Shown here: piece by piece, positions 1 through 7,760 of the stretch
Position numbering within the stretch: position 1 is the stretch's first letter
How the letters are laid out: the number at the start of each line of letters is the position of its first letter
DNA from: Patescibacteria group bacterium
GTDB taxonomy: Bacteria; Patescibacteriota; Patescibacteriia; Patescibacteriales; JBAZCA01
DNA: 64,000 nucleotides
NCBI GenBank assembly: GCA_041661505.1
Contig: JBAZUF010000001.1
Span: 369,576-433,575 of the forward strand
Reading direction: 5' to 3'
Translations under genes and position numbers: made by a program
The notes under the pieces: model-generated
Told to the model about the DNA's origin: nothing
Seen by the model: only the letters and a program-made list of their open reading frames with translations
Database searches by the model: none

Positions 1-300
1 TTCGGCTTTGGAAATAAAGTCGGAGTATTAAAAATTAAATGCTTCCGCCCCTTTCCTCATAAAGAGATCGCGGATATTTTAAAAACTGCCAAGCAGGTTG
101 CTGTTTTAGACAAGTCCATTTCTTTGGGGCATCTCGGCCCCCTGGCATCCGACATCCGTTCAATCAGCCTCGCGGGAAAAACCCAAATTAAAAGCTTTAT
201 CGCCGGTTTGGGCGGCCGGGACATAACCCGGGCGATGATAAAGAAAATAGCGGCCGATTTTCCTAAATCGAGTGTTGACGGGCCTAACTTTGTCGGATAA
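1..300 (+). CDS. 2-oxoacid:ferredoxin oxidoreductase alpha-subunit family, C-terminal fragment (5' part outside window)
   Basis: Frame 1 is open from base 1 to TAA 298-300. The translation ...KIKCFRPFPHKEIADILKTAKQVAVLDKSISLGHLGPLASDIRS...FIAGLGGRDITRAMI resembles the conserved C-terminal region of PorA/KorA-type subunits (FRPFP...LD...GLGGRD). Confidence 0.6.
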   Translation, partial: FGFGNKVGVLKIKCFRPFPHKEIADILKTAKQVAVLDKSISLGHLGPLASDIRSISLAGKTQIKSFIAGLGGRDITRAMIKKIAADFPKSSVDGPNFVG

Positions 301-332
301 AATTTGTCTGCGCCTAAGATATAATCTTGTTC

Positions 333-357
333 GTCCGCACGCTGTCAGCGTGCGGAC
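333..357. repeat. GC-rich hairpin (gtccgcacgc-tgtca-gcgtgcggac), member C of a short hairpin-repeat family
   Basis: Perfect 10-bp stem read directly. It is flanked by cttgttc on the left and ctcgct on the right, flanks also seen at 27482-27523. Confidence 0.6.
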
Positions 358-394
358 TCCCTCGCTTTAATTATTTCTGATGAAATAATCTAAT

Positions 395-430
395 TCGCTA
401 GTCCCGCATTTGCGGGGATCACTCACTTCA
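395..430 (+). repeat. GC-hairpin element copy A (cgctaGTCCCGCATTTGCGGGGATCACTCACTTC), ending 3 nt before the glgA start
   Basis: Hairpin cccgc/gcggg plus the flank ATCACTCACTTC. Reverse-complement copies occur at 7333-7378 and 60101-60128. Confidence 0.6.
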
Positions 431-433
431 GTT

Positions 434-1936
434 ATGAAAATTGTTTCCATTGCCAGTGAAGTGGCGCCTTTTTCCAAGACTGGCGGTTTGGCGGACGTAG
501 CCCGCAGCCTGCCAAAAGCGATTAAAAGGCTCGGCCATGAAATAATCGTAATCACTCCGCTTTACGGCAAAATAATTGCCAAAGAAGAGTATGATTTAAA
601 GCTGATTTTCGAAGGCGTCGGGGTAAAAATCGACAAGGAAGAATTTAAGATAAATTTTTGGAAGGGCTTTTTAATGGAAGACCTTCCAATTTATTTTGTC
701 GAAGAGCCGAATTTTTTTTCCAAGCGGGAAAAGATCTATGGCGGAAGCCGCGAGAATGCCCGCTTTTTGGTTTTTGATATAGCCGCCCTGAAACTTTTAA
801 CCCTTTTAAAATTCAAGGCTGATATTATCCATTGCCACGACTGGCATACCGGCCTGATTCCCTATTATTTGAAAGCCGACTTCAAATTATCTTCCTCATT
901 AAAAAAAGCCAAAACCGTTTACACCATCCATAACCTGGCTTTCCAATTCGGCCAAAACTGGTGGGAAGTGCCGGCTGAAAAAAAAGATTACGGCAAGAGC
1001 AAAATTCCGAGATTCGCTTCGCCGGATTTGGAATACGTGAATTTCGCCAAACGGGCGATATTAAACGCTGACGTCATTAACACCGTAAGCGAACAATACC
1101 GGGAAGAGATAATGACCAAAAATTTCGGCCAGGATCTCCATAGGATTCTAGCTAACCGGGAAAACCGGCTTTTCGGCATCATCAACGGCATTGATTACAA
1201 CGCCTACAATCCGGTCAAAGACGGCACCTTGGTTAAAAACTACAACACCAAGACCATCTACCGCAAAAAGGTCAATAAAGAATTCCTGCAAAAAAAACTG
1301 GGTCTGGCGGTTAACCGCGAAATTCCGTTAGTTTGCGTAACCTCGCGGGTAACCTTTCAAAAAGGCTTCCAGCTGATCGTAAAAATTCTTGACCAGCTCT
1401 CCAGGCTTGATGTCCAGCTGGTGGTTATGGGCGACGGCGAGAAAGAATACATCAGCCAAATTAAAAGCTTCCAAAAAAAATATCCGAAAAAATTCGCCTG
1501 GCTGCCTTTTGACCAAAAATTAGAAAACTTGGTTTATGCCGGTTCAGATATGTTTGTCCTGCCTTCTTTCCACGAACCCTGCGGAATCAACCAGCTGATT
1601 GCCATGCGCTACGGATGCGTGCCGATTGTCCGGAAAGTGGGAGGGTTGTACGATACAGTGGAAAATTATGATATAAGAAAAAATCAAGGCACCGGGTTCA
1701 GCTTTAATAATTTTGATACCTATTCCCTGTACGGCGCGCTTCTTATCGCTTTGGAAATATATAAAAACCGGCCGATGTGGCGCTCTATTGCCGGACGGGC
1801 GATGAAGCAGTCGAGTAGCTGGGAAATACCGGCCAAAAAATATATTACCTTATACCGCAAAGCATTGAGCTTAAAAATTACCGAGCAAGCCTTTAAGCCG
1901 GTTGCGGCCAAACCGCGCCAGGGATTATTGGGTTAG
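434..1936 (+). CDS. glgA: Glycogen/starch synthase (GT5), copy 1
   Basis: MKIVSIASEVAPFSKTGGLADVARSLPKA carries the KTGGL motif, and HEPCGINQLIAMRYGCVPIV is the C-terminal motif. I prefer ATG 434 over the TTG at 410 used by the ORF track. Confidence 0.85.
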   Translation: MKIVSIASEVAPFSKTGGLADVARSLPKAIKRLGHEIIVITPLYGKIIAKEEYDLKLIFEGVGVKIDKEEFKINFWKGFLMEDLPIYFVEEPNFFSKREKIYGGSRENARFLVFDIAALKLLTLLKFKADIIHCHDWHTGLIPYYLKADFKLSSSLKKAKTVYTIHNLAFQFGQNWWEVPAEKKDYGKSKIPRFASPDLEYVNFAKRAILNADVINTVSEQYREEIMTKNFGQDLHRILANRENRLFGIINGIDYNAYNPVKDGTLVKNYNTKTIYRKKVNKEFLQKKLGLAVNREIPLVCVTSRVTFQKGFQLIVKILDQLSRLDVQLVVMGDGEKEYISQIKSFQKKYPKKFAWLPFDQKLENLVYAGSDMFVLPSFHEPCGINQLIAMRYGCVPIVRKVGGLYDTVENYDIRKNQGTGFSFNNFDTYSLYGALLIALEIYKNRPMWRSIAGRAMKQSSSWEIPAKKYITLYRKALSLKITEQAFKPVAAKPRQGLLG

Positions 1937-1972
1937 GCATCGCGCCTTTAATACCTTCCTAACCAGACATTT

Positions 1973-3145
1973 ATGCTTTGGATAAATTTCCTCCATTTCT
2001 ACCAGCCCGCCAATATTGAAAAAGAAAAAATTATCGAAGCGGCGGAAAAAAGTTATTTTTATATCCTGGATTGCCTTGAAAAAAATCCGAAAGTAAAATT
2101 CACCATAAACCTGTCCGGCTGCCTCCTTCTCCGTTTTGACGAAGATCTCAAATACCAGCCGCTAATCGAAAGGTTTGCCCGGCTTTTTTCAAGGGGCCAG
2201 CTGGAAATCGCCGGAACCGCCGCCTACCATCCCCTTTTGCCCTTAATCCGCGGTAAAGTTGCGATTGAACAGATAAAAGAGCAGGAAAAAATTTTAAAAA
2301 AATTTTTTGATTGCCCGAGGCCGAGGGGATTTTTTTTCCCCGAGATGGCCTATTCGCCGGAGGCGGCAAAAATGATAAAAAGGCTCGAATATGAATGGAT
2401 AATTTTAGACGAAATTTCGGCCGGGCAAGGGCTCGGGAAAATTGATACGTCAAAAATTTATTTGGACAAAAACAGCGGGCTGAAAGTTGTTTTCCGCAAC
2501 CGGCGCCGGTCATCCGGCTACATCCCTAAGCACCTACTCGAAGACTGGGGAAAGCTTGAGGGAAAAACCCTGATTACCGCGACTGATGCCGAGCTTTACG
2601 GCTTAAAACACAATGATCATTCAAGGAATTTTGCAAAATTATTGAGCCATGATAAGCTTAAAACCGCTTCTATTTCCGAGTATATTGATTGCCAAAAAGA
2701 GCCGCCCGAGGAACTAAAAATTGTCTCTTCATCCTGGGAAACAACCGCGGAAGAATTAAAAAGAGGCGAAGCGTTTTCCCTTTGGTCCGGAAGCGACAAA
2801 ATCCACGTTAAACTATGGAAGCTCGCTAATTTGGCCCAAAAGCAATATTTAAAGCATAAAAGCGAGGCTTCGGCGCCTGAACCAGGCGCCAGCTATTGGT
2901 CTTATTGGCATTTAGCCCGGGGGCTCTCAAGCTGCGGCTTTTGGTGGGCCTCGGGAAAAGATTTTAGCCATTCTTTCGGGCCTAAAGCCTGGAGCCCGGA
3001 TGAGGTTGAAAAAGGCGTAAACGAGCTTACGCGCTCAATCCGTTCGCTGGAAAAATTAACTGATTTAAAGACCAAATTGAAAGCCGAAAAAATGGCTTTG
3101 GAAATTAAAAAGCTAATTTGGGAAAAGCATTGGAGAGGAGAATAA
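1973..3145 (+). CDS. Glycoside hydrolase family 57 protein (alpha-glucan branching/amylase-like)
   Basis: GH57-type motifs: LHFYQP, EIAGTAAYHPLLPL and FFPEMAYS. Located between two glgA genes. Confidence 0.7.
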   Translation: MLWINFLHFYQPANIEKEKIIEAAEKSYFYILDCLEKNPKVKFTINLSGCLLLRFDEDLKYQPLIERFARLFSRGQLEIAGTAAYHPLLPLIRGKVAIEQIKEQEKILKKFFDCPRPRGFFFPEMAYSPEAAKMIKRLEYEWIILDEISAGQGLGKIDTSKIYLDKNSGLKVVFRNRRRSSGYIPKHLLEDWGKLEGKTLITATDAELYGLKHNDHSRNFAKLLSHDKLKTASISEYIDCQKEPPEELKIVSSSWETTAEELKRGEAFSLWSGSDKIHVKLWKLANLAQKQYLKHKSEASAPEPGASYWSYWHLARGLSSCGFWWASGKDFSHSFGPKAWSPDEVEKGVNELTRSIRSLEKLTDLKTKLKAEKMALEIKKLIWEKHWRGE

Positions 3146-3184
3146 GCTAAAAATCCGCCTTGGATTAAAGGCAATAAAATAAAA

Positions 3185-4213
3185 ATGGTTATGAACAAGA
3201 TTTACAATTTGCTGGACGAGCAATTAGTGGCCGATTTATTTAGAAAAAAAGTTCTGCCGCTTTATCCGGCTTTTCGGTCAATCGAAAAAATTACTATCAA
3301 TCCGATTAAAAAAAATATCTGGAATAAAGCTTATCATGTTGTCTTTGAATACGAGACAATTTTCAAAAAAAATAGCGGGGAAACGGTAAAACTGCTTATT
3401 TACACGTCGGCGCATAGCGCGGAACCGAGAAAAAATGTTTTTACGGCTTTATCTTTTTTATGGGACTCCAGTTTCTCCGACGGCAATTTCACTATTCCCC
3501 GGCCGCTTTTTTTCGAGTCCGAGTATAACGCTGTTTTTTACCGCGGAGTCAGGGGAAAAAACCTTTACTATTACATTCAATCCAAAAATTTTGCCGAAAT
3601 CGAAAGCCTGGTCAAAAAGACCGCCCTTTGGCTGGCTAAGCTCCACCGCCTTCCAGCCGGGGCGGCCCAGAATTTCAACGAAATAAACAGCCGGGTGGAA
3701 ACTATAATCCCGGGGCGGAAAGAAACGCTAAATTTAATTCGCGACCGTTACCCGGACCAGCTGGCTTCAGTAGCCAAATGCTACGAGGCAATAATAGGGC
3801 GCGAGGAAAAACATCTGGATGAGACAAAAGCCAGGTGCCTAATCCATGGGGACGCCCATTCAGAGAACGTTATCCGGGTCAGTGAAGAAAAAATCGCCAT
3901 GATCGATTTTACTGATATCTGCCTGGGCGATTTCGCCCGCGACTTGGGCGCGTTTATCCAACAGCTCGAATATAAGTGCCGGAAAAAATTCGAGGACGGC
4001 GGATATATTGAAAAGCTAAAAAAAATATTTCTCGACGCCTATCTTCATGAAACGAACCTTAAATTAACGCCTGATTTAGCGGAAAGGATAAAAACTTATT
4101 ATTATTGGACCAGTTTTCGAACCGCGATTTTCCTTTTCCTTTTCCATAACCCCCAGCCCCAAAAAGCCAAAGAGCTCTTAGCTAAAACGATGGCCGGACT
4201 GGATATTAACTAA
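3185..4213 (+). CDS. Phosphotransferase/kinase of the aminoglycoside-phosphotransferase (APH/maltokinase-like) fold
   Basis: LIHGDAHSENVI is an HxDxxxxN catalytic loop. It is followed by IDFTD, a DFG-like metal site. Confidence 0.6.
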   Translation: MVMNKIYNLLDEQLVADLFRKKVLPLYPAFRSIEKITINPIKKNIWNKAYHVVFEYETIFKKNSGETVKLLIYTSAHSAEPRKNVFTALSFLWDSSFSDGNFTIPRPLFFESEYNAVFYRGVRGKNLYYYIQSKNFAEIESLVKKTALWLAKLHRLPAGAAQNFNEINSRVETIIPGRKETLNLIRDRYPDQLASVAKCYEAIIGREEKHLDETKARCLIHGDAHSENVIRVSEEKIAMIDFTDICLGDFARDLGAFIQQLEYKCRKKFEDGGYIEKLKKIFLDAYLHETNLKLTPDLAERIKTYYYWTSFRTAIFLFLFHNPQPQKAKELLAKTMAGLDIN

Positions 4214-4217
4214 ATCC

Positions 4218-4817
4218 ATGGCAGTTGATACCCGTATTTATGACCAGCGTTTTTTTGACCGGACTCTAAAGCTTGAGGAGTCTTCGGCTAAAGCCGTGGT
4301 TAATATTCTAATTAAGCGCTTCCGGCCTAAATCAGTTATCGACATCGGCTGCGGAATCGGGATTTATTTGAAGGAATTCGAAAAAAAAGGAATTGGAATA
4401 TCGGGCTATGATGGCGCTCCGGCGGCAATAAAAAATTCACTAGTTGGCGATAAAATTAAATATCACGACCTTGTCAAACCCCTTAGATTAAGCCGAAAAT
4501 TCGATCTTTGCCTTTGCGTCGAAGTAGCCGAACATTTGCCCGAAACTTGCGAAAACACCTTGATAAACAGCCTGGTCCGGCTTTCAGACACGCTTATTTA
4601 TACCGCCGCCACGCCCGGCCAGGGAGACCTGTTAATCGGGCATATTAACGAAAGGCCGCATGCCTACTGGAAAAAAAAACTTAAGGCTAGCGGCTTCACG
4701 TATAAGACAAAGCTCACCGGAGTGGTCCGGAAAGAAATGGCGGAGAAAAAAGCGGTTTGGTGGGTAGCTAAAAATTTAATGGTATTCCAAAAAAATGAAA
4801 AAAACATCACCCGTTAA
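4218..4817 (+). CDS. Class I SAM-dependent methyltransferase
   Basis: VIDIGCGIGIY is motif I (GxGxG), and DLCLCVEVAEHL is a motif II/III-like stretch. Confidence 0.7.
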   Translation: MAVDTRIYDQRFFDRTLKLEESSAKAVVNILIKRFRPKSVIDIGCGIGIYLKEFEKKGIGISGYDGAPAAIKNSLVGDKIKYHDLVKPLRLSRKFDLCLCVEVAEHLPETCENTLINSLVRLSDTLIYTAATPGQGDLLIGHINERPHAYWKKKLKASGFTYKTKLTGVVRKEMAEKKAVWWVAKNLMVFQKNEKNITR

Positions 4818-6198
4818 AAACAGCCGGCGGATTAAAATCCTTTTTCTTTCAGCCGAAATCGCGCCTTTGGCCAAAGTCGGCGGATTGGCTGACGTTTTGG
4901 GCGCCCTGCCTAAGGCTCTAGACAAAGACGTCTGCGAGATTAGGATGTGTCTGCCCTTTTACGGCTGTATTGATATAAAAAAATATCCGGTTAAACTCAT
5001 TACTAACAATTTATCCGTTCATCTTAATAATAAGAAAGAAAAATTTTCCCTCTATAATACGTATCTTCCGGGAACGAGAATTCCTGTATACTTGATCAAG
5101 CATTATTTTTTTTCTTCCAAAAAAATTTATATGTCAGAGAAGAAAAATAATGAGTCGGTAAACGTTCGGCGTTTTGCCTTTTTCACCCGCGCCTCGCTCA
5201 AAGCCATGGAATTTTTATTCTTCCAGCCCGGGATCATTCACGCCCATGACTGGCATACTGCCTTGGCTCCGGACATGATTAAAGACAGAAAAAAAATTAA
5301 CCGCTTCTATAGCCGTACAAAAATTTTGTACACCATCCACAACCTGGCGAATCAGGGAAAAACCGGCGGAAAAAATTTCATGGCCGAAGGCATACTCGGA
5401 GCCAATCTCGTAAACACAGTTAGCCCGGCTTATGCCAAAGAAATTTTAACCCATGAATTCGGTGCCGGGCTGGAAAAAAAACTGCAAAAAAAGAAAAAAT
5501 CCCTTTCCGGAATTTTAAACGGAATTGATACGGCCGAATATAACCCGCAAATAGACCCGCTTGTCCGATACCATTTCACGTCAGGTTCCATCCGCGAAAA
5601 AATAAAAAATAAATTATTTTTGCAGAAAAAACTCGGCTGGAAACCGGATAAAAAAATCCTTTTAGCCGGCGTCGTAACGCGGTTGACCGGGCAAAAAGGC
5701 ATTGAACTTTTTACCGAGAAGCTAATCAGTCAGGTTAATTCCATAAAAAAGCCCTGGCAGATTGTATTTTTAGGGACCGGAGAAAAAAAATACGAAAAAC
5801 AGCTAAAAAATCTGGCGAAAAAATACCCGAAAAATATAAAAACCCTGATTCGTTTTGATGAAAAGCTGGCCCGCCAAATCTACGCCGGCTCGGACCTGTT
5901 CTTAGTCCCGTCAAAATTCGAGCCTTGCGGCTTAACCCAGATGATTGCAATGCGTTATGGCAGTATTCCAATAGTCCGCGCCACCGGCGGACTAAAAGAT
6001 ACCGTTAATCCCGGCGTGGGATTTAGCTTTAAGAATTATACGTCCGAAGCCCTGGCCCACGCCTTGATTAAAGCTTTGGACAGGTACTATAATAAACCAG
6101 GCCTGTGGAAAAAATTACAGCTTAACGGCATGAAAAAAGATTTTTCCTGGAAAAAATCGGCTGGTGAGTATTTGAAATTATACAAAAAACTAACATGA
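4795..6198 (+). CDS. glgA: Glycogen/starch synthase (GT5), copy 2
   Basis: KILFLSAEIAPLAKVGGLADVLGALPKAL and FEPCGLTQMIAMRYGSIPIV. It overlaps the methyltransferase stop by 23 nt and the tsaD start by 4 nt. Confidence 0.85.
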   Translation: MKKTSPVKNSRRIKILFLSAEIAPLAKVGGLADVLGALPKALDKDVCEIRMCLPFYGCIDIKKYPVKLITNNLSVHLNNKKEKFSLYNTYLPGTRIPVYLIKHYFFSSKKIYMSEKKNNESVNVRRFAFFTRASLKAMEFLFFQPGIIHAHDWHTALAPDMIKDRKKINRFYSRTKILYTIHNLANQGKTGGKNFMAEGILGANLVNTVSPAYAKEILTHEFGAGLEKKLQKKKKSLSGILNGIDTAEYNPQIDPLVRYHFTSGSIREKIKNKLFLQKKLGWKPDKKILLAGVVTRLTGQKGIELFTEKLISQVNSIKKPWQIVFLGTGEKKYEKQLKNLAKKYPKNIKTLIRFDEKLARQIYAGSDLFLVPSKFEPCGLTQMIAMRYGSIPIVRATGGLKDTVNPGVGFSFKNYTSEALAHALIKALDRYYNKPGLWKKLQLNGMKKDFSWKKSAGEYLKLYKKLT

Positions 6199-7262
6199 AA
6201 ATATTAGGCATTGAAACGAGTTGCGATGAAACCGCCGCCTCGGTAGCCGAGGGAAAGGGTGAAAAAGTTACCATTCTCTCAAATATCATCGCATCGCAAA
6301 TCGGCATATTTAAAAAATACGGCGGCGTTATTCCGGAAGTGGCGGCGCGGGAACATGTCCTAAAAATATTGCCAGTTATAAACGAAGCTTTGGCTAAGGC
6401 GAAAATAAAAAGGCCGGACGCTTTAGCGGTTACTATTGGCCCGGGATTAGTTACATCCTTAATGGTTGGCGTCGAAACCGCTAAAACTTTAGCCTATGCC
6501 TGGAAATTGCCCTTGGTAGCGGTTAACCACATTGAAGGACATATTTACGCCAACTTCATCAACAACCCTAATATCAAATTTCCAGCCTTAATACTTACCG
6601 TATCCGGCGGGCACACGCAGTTGGTTTTAATGAAAGCTCACGGGAAATATAAAACCATTGGCGAGACCCGGGACGACGCGGCCGGCGAAGCCTTTGACAA
6701 AGCCGCGCAGATTATGGGCGTCGGCTACCCTGGCGGTCCAATAATTGCCAAGCTAGCGGAAAAAGCAAAAACCACGACACCGATTAAGTTTACTAAACCC
6801 CAGACCGCGCTTACTCATGGCAGAGGACCAGGCGACATCCATCTTCCCCGTCCGATGATTGATTCGCCGAATTTTGAATTTTCCTTTTCCGGATTAAAAA
6901 CGGCACTCCTCTATCAGATTAAAAAAGATCCGGATTGGAAAAATAAAATTCCTGAATACTGCCATGAATTCCAGCAGGCGACGGTGGACGTACTTATCCA
7001 TAAAACACTCAAGGCCGCAAAAGCCAACCAGACAAAAACCATAATGCTGGCCGGCGGAGTGTCCGCGAATATTGAATTAAGAAAACAAATGGGCGAAGCC
7101 ATAAAAAAACAGTTGCCGCAAACTAAATTGCACATCCCGGAACTTAAATACACGACCGATAATGCCGCCATGATCGCTTCGGCCGGATATTTCCGGGCTA
7201 AGAGGAAAGCCTATACCCGCTTTGATAAGATAAAAACCGAGCCCAATCTTCCTCTGAAATAG
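6195..7262 (+). CDS. tsaD: tRNA N6-adenosine threonylcarbamoyltransferase
   Basis: MKILGIETSCDETAASV, NHIEGHIY, SGGHTQL and the GxPGGP motif. Confidence 0.9.
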   Translation: MKILGIETSCDETAASVAEGKGEKVTILSNIIASQIGIFKKYGGVIPEVAAREHVLKILPVINEALAKAKIKRPDALAVTIGPGLVTSLMVGVETAKTLAYAWKLPLVAVNHIEGHIYANFINNPNIKFPALILTVSGGHTQLVLMKAHGKYKTIGETRDDAAGEAFDKAAQIMGVGYPGGPIIAKLAEKAKTTTPIKFTKPQTALTHGRGPGDIHLPRPMIDSPNFEFSFSGLKTALLYQIKKDPDWKNKIPEYCHEFQQATVDVLIHKTLKAAKANQTKTIMLAGGVSANIELRKQMGEAIKKQLPQTKLHIPELKYTTDNAAMIASAGYFRAKRKAYTRFDKIKTEPNLPLK

Positions 7263-7293
7263 TGAAAAATTAACCGAATTTTAATAATAAAAA

Positions 7294-7320
7294 CAGATGA
7301 TATTTACATCTGCTTTATAT
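7294..7320 (+). terminator. Hairpin cagatg-N7-catctg followed by a T-rich run, downstream of tsaD
   Basis: 6-bp stem read directly, followed by ctttatattt. It overlaps the next promoter. Confidence 0.45.
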
Positions 7321-7330
7321 TTGTTATAAT
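7303..7330 (+). promoter_or_regulatory. Sigma70-like promoter TTTACA-16-TATAAT
   Basis: TTTACA at 7303-7308 and TATAAT at 7325-7330. The predicted 5' UTR begins with hairpin element B. Confidence 0.5.
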
Positions 7331-7332
7331 CG

Positions 7333-7378
7333 AAGTGAGTGAGTCCCGCATCGCATTTGCGGGGCGAGCGAGCGAGAT
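7333..7378 (-). repeat. GC-hairpin element copy B, in inverted orientation relative to copy A
   Basis: The plus strand reads gaaGTGAGTGAGTCCCGCAtcgcattTGCGGGGcgagcgagcgagatt. Its reverse complement aligns with 395-430 (cgct..hairpin..ACTCACTCACTTC). Confidence 0.6.
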
Positions 7379-7379
7379 T

Positions 7380-7631
7380 ATGTCGTCAGACATAATCAAA
7401 TTGAACACTAACTATATGGACGATTTACAACAGGAAATTTTCGACCTGGTAATGAAAAAAATGCGCGAGCAAGGCGCCTATGACCGCGAGGCTTACAAGC
7501 AGTTTATCGACGAAACCATTGCCTATTTTCAGGAAAAAGGAAAAATCACCGATGATGACGATTACGAGCAGATGGAAGATCAGCTGAATGAACGCTGGGC
7601 CGACGCCGAAGCCATGCTGGTAAGAAAATAG
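7380..7631 (+). CDS. Hypothetical small acidic protein (83 aa)
   Basis: ATG at 7380 (the ORF track uses GTG 7335, which would translate the hairpin repeat). A terminator follows. I recognise no family. Confidence 0.5.
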   Translation: MSSDIIKLNTNYMDDLQQEIFDLVMKKMREQGAYDREAYKQFIDETIAYFQEKGKITDDDDYEQMEDQLNERWADAEAMLVRK

Positions 7632-7662
7632 CCCGCCAGAAATTAAAAAATGCGTTTAAAAA

Positions 7663-7688
7663 ACCGCCCTAGTGGCGGTGTTTTGTTT
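7663..7688 (+). terminator. Rho-independent terminator
   Basis: accgcc-ctagt-ggcggt followed by gttttgttt. Confidence 0.6.
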
Positions 7689-7694
7689 GGCACA

Positions 7695-7720
7695 ATAAAG
7701 AGCGGCATTTCTGCCGCCCT
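7695..7720 (-). terminator. Probable terminator of rnj
   Basis: On the minus strand: gggcggca-gaaa-tgccgctc followed by tttatt. Confidence 0.45.
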
Positions 7721-7760
7721 TTAAATCAAACAATACTCGCTCTATGTTCAGTCCGCGTCC

